Source of the DNA: Moniliella sp. 'wahieum'
Taxonomy: Eukaryota
Direction of reading: 5' to 3'
NCBI GenBank assembly: GCA_003971905.1
Contig: RSEE01000028.1
Coordinates: 310,001-374,000, forward strand
Length of the DNA: 64,000 bases
Of the stretch, positions 61,531-64,000 are shown piece after piece. The notes beneath the pieces were generated by a model. It did no database searches, had not been told where the DNA came from, and worked only from the letters and a program-made list of their open reading frames with translations. The translations under genes were made by a program, and so were the position numbers. Position 1 is the first letter of the stretch. Every line of letters starts with the position of its first letter.

Positions 61531-64000
61531 GACTCGAATAATGGTGGCGGTTACCACAATATATCCGTCTCCACCTCCAACGTACCCAACGCACGCCAGC
61601 GCACAACCCTCCGACCTTGCCTTGCCTCCCCCTTCCCCCCAGGCCCCAGCGCCAGCCCCCTCCACCCCAATTCCAATGTGTACAGGGCTTGGCTTGTACG
61701 TACTGCAGGCGAGTACATAGCATGCATAACGCGCACGCCACGCATCTGTGCATTTGCGTAGCTAACTCCCTAGATTCACTGTGGTTGTTTCGTAGCGCTT
61801 GCGCTTTTGCGTTGTGGGGGAGTGGTGCGTTACGCGTTACGACTTGTTGGGGCAGCAGAGGAACAGCGGGACATGGGCCTTCTGTCTTCCATATCTCTAC
61901 CACGTCCTGCGATCCGCTCGGTGCAATCCTCTTCTCTCTCCCGCGGCCTGATTCCAGTGTCTGCCCGCTCAGCTTCCCTCTGTTGCTCGTCTTCGCCAAC
62001 AGGTGTGACTTGTGGCATGTGACGCGCGCGCAGCTTCGGCCACAGGGCTCTGTGGCTTTTGACTCGCTGGTAGAGTATAGCAGACGTTGAGTATACAAGT
62101 ACGACAGATCCTGTGAGTAGGACCTGCCAACGAAGGAGACGATGCGCAGAGGATATAGCATGGAGGACGAGATCGAAGAAGCATACGCATAACCCGAAGT
62201 GCCACCTGGAAGCGGCGCAGCGGAAAGCAAATGAGGACGAGCTGATGCTTCATCACTTATTCCAAGTGCGTTCGTCGGGCATCTTTCCGTTTGTCGAACT
62301 GCCACCCTCGTTAATGTAAAGGGCTTGCGCCCTTTTCTGGCTTCCGTCTCCCCACCTGGCCGATGGTTCCACGGAATACCGCCGGTGGGATTGAATCAAT
62401 CTCCTCATCTTTCTTTTTGTCTGGCATACGGCTTGGCCCTCACAAGCTTTTCCCATCCCGCCTAGCTCAAAATGGATCTGGGCTTTGCTTAGCACACAAC
62501 CAGGCTCGTGTCATTTGCCCTCCAGCCGTCCACGGGTTCCATGCCGTTCCAGAAGCGTCTTGTTCACAGGATGGTGCGCAGTGGTCACGCCAAATTGGGC
62601 GTGATATCTCAATCTACTCAGTGCTCGGGTCGACGCTGTTGCACCAGATTGTGTTGGTGAAATCGCGAAGGCTGCGGCAACATGCAAGCGCCCGTGTTGA
62701 TAGGAGCGAAGAAGCAGGGGCTCAAGTAACCCGCAAGCACGCTCAATGGGGTGCAGTCGCGCTGGGCCAAGTCTCTTACGGGCTCTAACCGCTGGCGGCC
62801 GGGATTGAATATTGAATGGGCCTGATCGCATTCATTGGTTAATTGAGCGTGCCGACAGAGGTAGTGGATCCCTGGGAGGGAGAAGACTATAATACTAAGA
62901 GCTGATATTTTTGCGACCAGGGCCATCGAGTGAGTTGCCCGTCGACACCCTTCCCGGGAAGTTGAACGTTGAACGTGTTGAAGGAAGAACGTTGGCTGGT
63001 CCGGTCCTGGAACAGTTGCTCTTTAGGAGCTTTATATGGACCACCAAGACCGCATAACGGGGATCGAGAAGGGTTGCGCGGGGTTGCGCAGATGCCTGCC
63101 GATGCGCGTTTGAAGGCATCTCGATGGCATCCACGCGGCAAGGCGGCGTCCCTATAACCCTTCCCTACCTGAACCACGAGAGGGAGGATCGAGGATCGAA
63201 GACGCGGTTACTCGGTTTCGTGAGCTTGGCATAGGATACGCGATGTATGTGAGCTTTCCAGAATACCATGCAGAGCATGCACGCGATGCATGGTGGCCAA
63301 TGCTTACTGGGGCGGCAGCGGCATTCTGCATGCGGGGGAAGCAGTGGCGGCCATTGTTAACATGTTGAAGCGTTTTAACGTCTAACAGTGCAGCAGAAGG
63401 CCTGAGGCATGCCGCGTGACGCATGGCGATGTGTGATTCATGTGATTCTTCTCGCCACCTGGGTCTGCAGTCGCAGCCGCAGCCGCATGCAAGCGAGGCT
63501 GAGTAGGCGTGCCACATGTCAGATCTCAAAGAGCAGAGCAGAACAGCACAGGGCCATGCCGATGGGCAGCGCGGGACGGCACTGCGGGCGCTCGATCCTT
63601 CATTTCAGTAAGCATTGAATCGGTGACGAGCTTCATGATCGATGATCGAGGATACAAGAGTGGCTGGCGACCGATGACTTCATCGAAGACGCGTGACTGT
63701 CTGCGTCATTCGGGCAGGGCCTGGCAGCGCAGGGCTCCAGCGCACCAGCGCTTCAACCTGCTTCAGTTGCTGAGGCTCAGCGCACAGGCTGTGCGCTGCG
63801 GTAACTGGCACTGTGCCTCCCCATGACATGGACACCAGACGCACGTTGTGGATTGCCCCTTTGGCTTGCCCGATTTCCGCACCTGCTTCGGTGGCTGTTC
63901 CGCAGGCCAGCAGCGGGCCAGCGCACAGCAGGCGCCCGTTGCCATCAACTGCATCAAACATTGCATCAAACCCCAGATCCCAGCTGCTGGCTTGCCTCCG

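Overview
Eukaryotic, fungal DNA, most likely a basidiomycete: GC-rich, compact, short GT-AG introns with CTRAC branch points, and a class-F2 CSL transcription factor. Nearly every gene, including essential ones, is broken by 1-nt indels. This points to an unpolished long-read assembly, so gene coordinates are stitched across frames and ends are approximate. Genes in order: decayed TrpG (anthranilate synthase GATase) fragment (+), unknown protein (-), YTH1/CPSF30 (+), glycogen synthase (-), giant Pro/Glu/Thr repeat protein (-), ATR1-like MFS transporter (+), URG1/URC1-type GTP-cyclohydrolase-II-like gene (+), beta-hydroxyacid dehydrogenase (+), NAN1/UTP17 (+), peroxiredoxin-like gene lacking its peroxidatic Cys (-), LTR-like relics, HSE1 (+), atypical S-x-Y MAP kinase (+), SIN3 (+), LAT1 (+), membrane-anchored GH5 glucanase (+), PRO2 (-) and CSL factor (-). 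The most striking unexplained signal is non-coding. Many intergenic regions, mainly on the 5' side of genes, carry clusters of tandem 7-mers with different sequences but one grammar: an interrupted palindrome centred on T-N-A (CGTGACG, GTTCAAC, CTTCAAG, TCTCAGA, GCTGAGC, CCTAAGG, GTTTAAC, CGTTACG, AGTGACT, GATGATC). Other leads are the Cys-less peroxiredoxin with an NLS-like extension, a possible URC1 plus beta-HAD uracil-catabolism pair, the SxY MAPK and the divergent CSL DNA-binding loops. All assignments come from motif recognition by eye; no searches were run.
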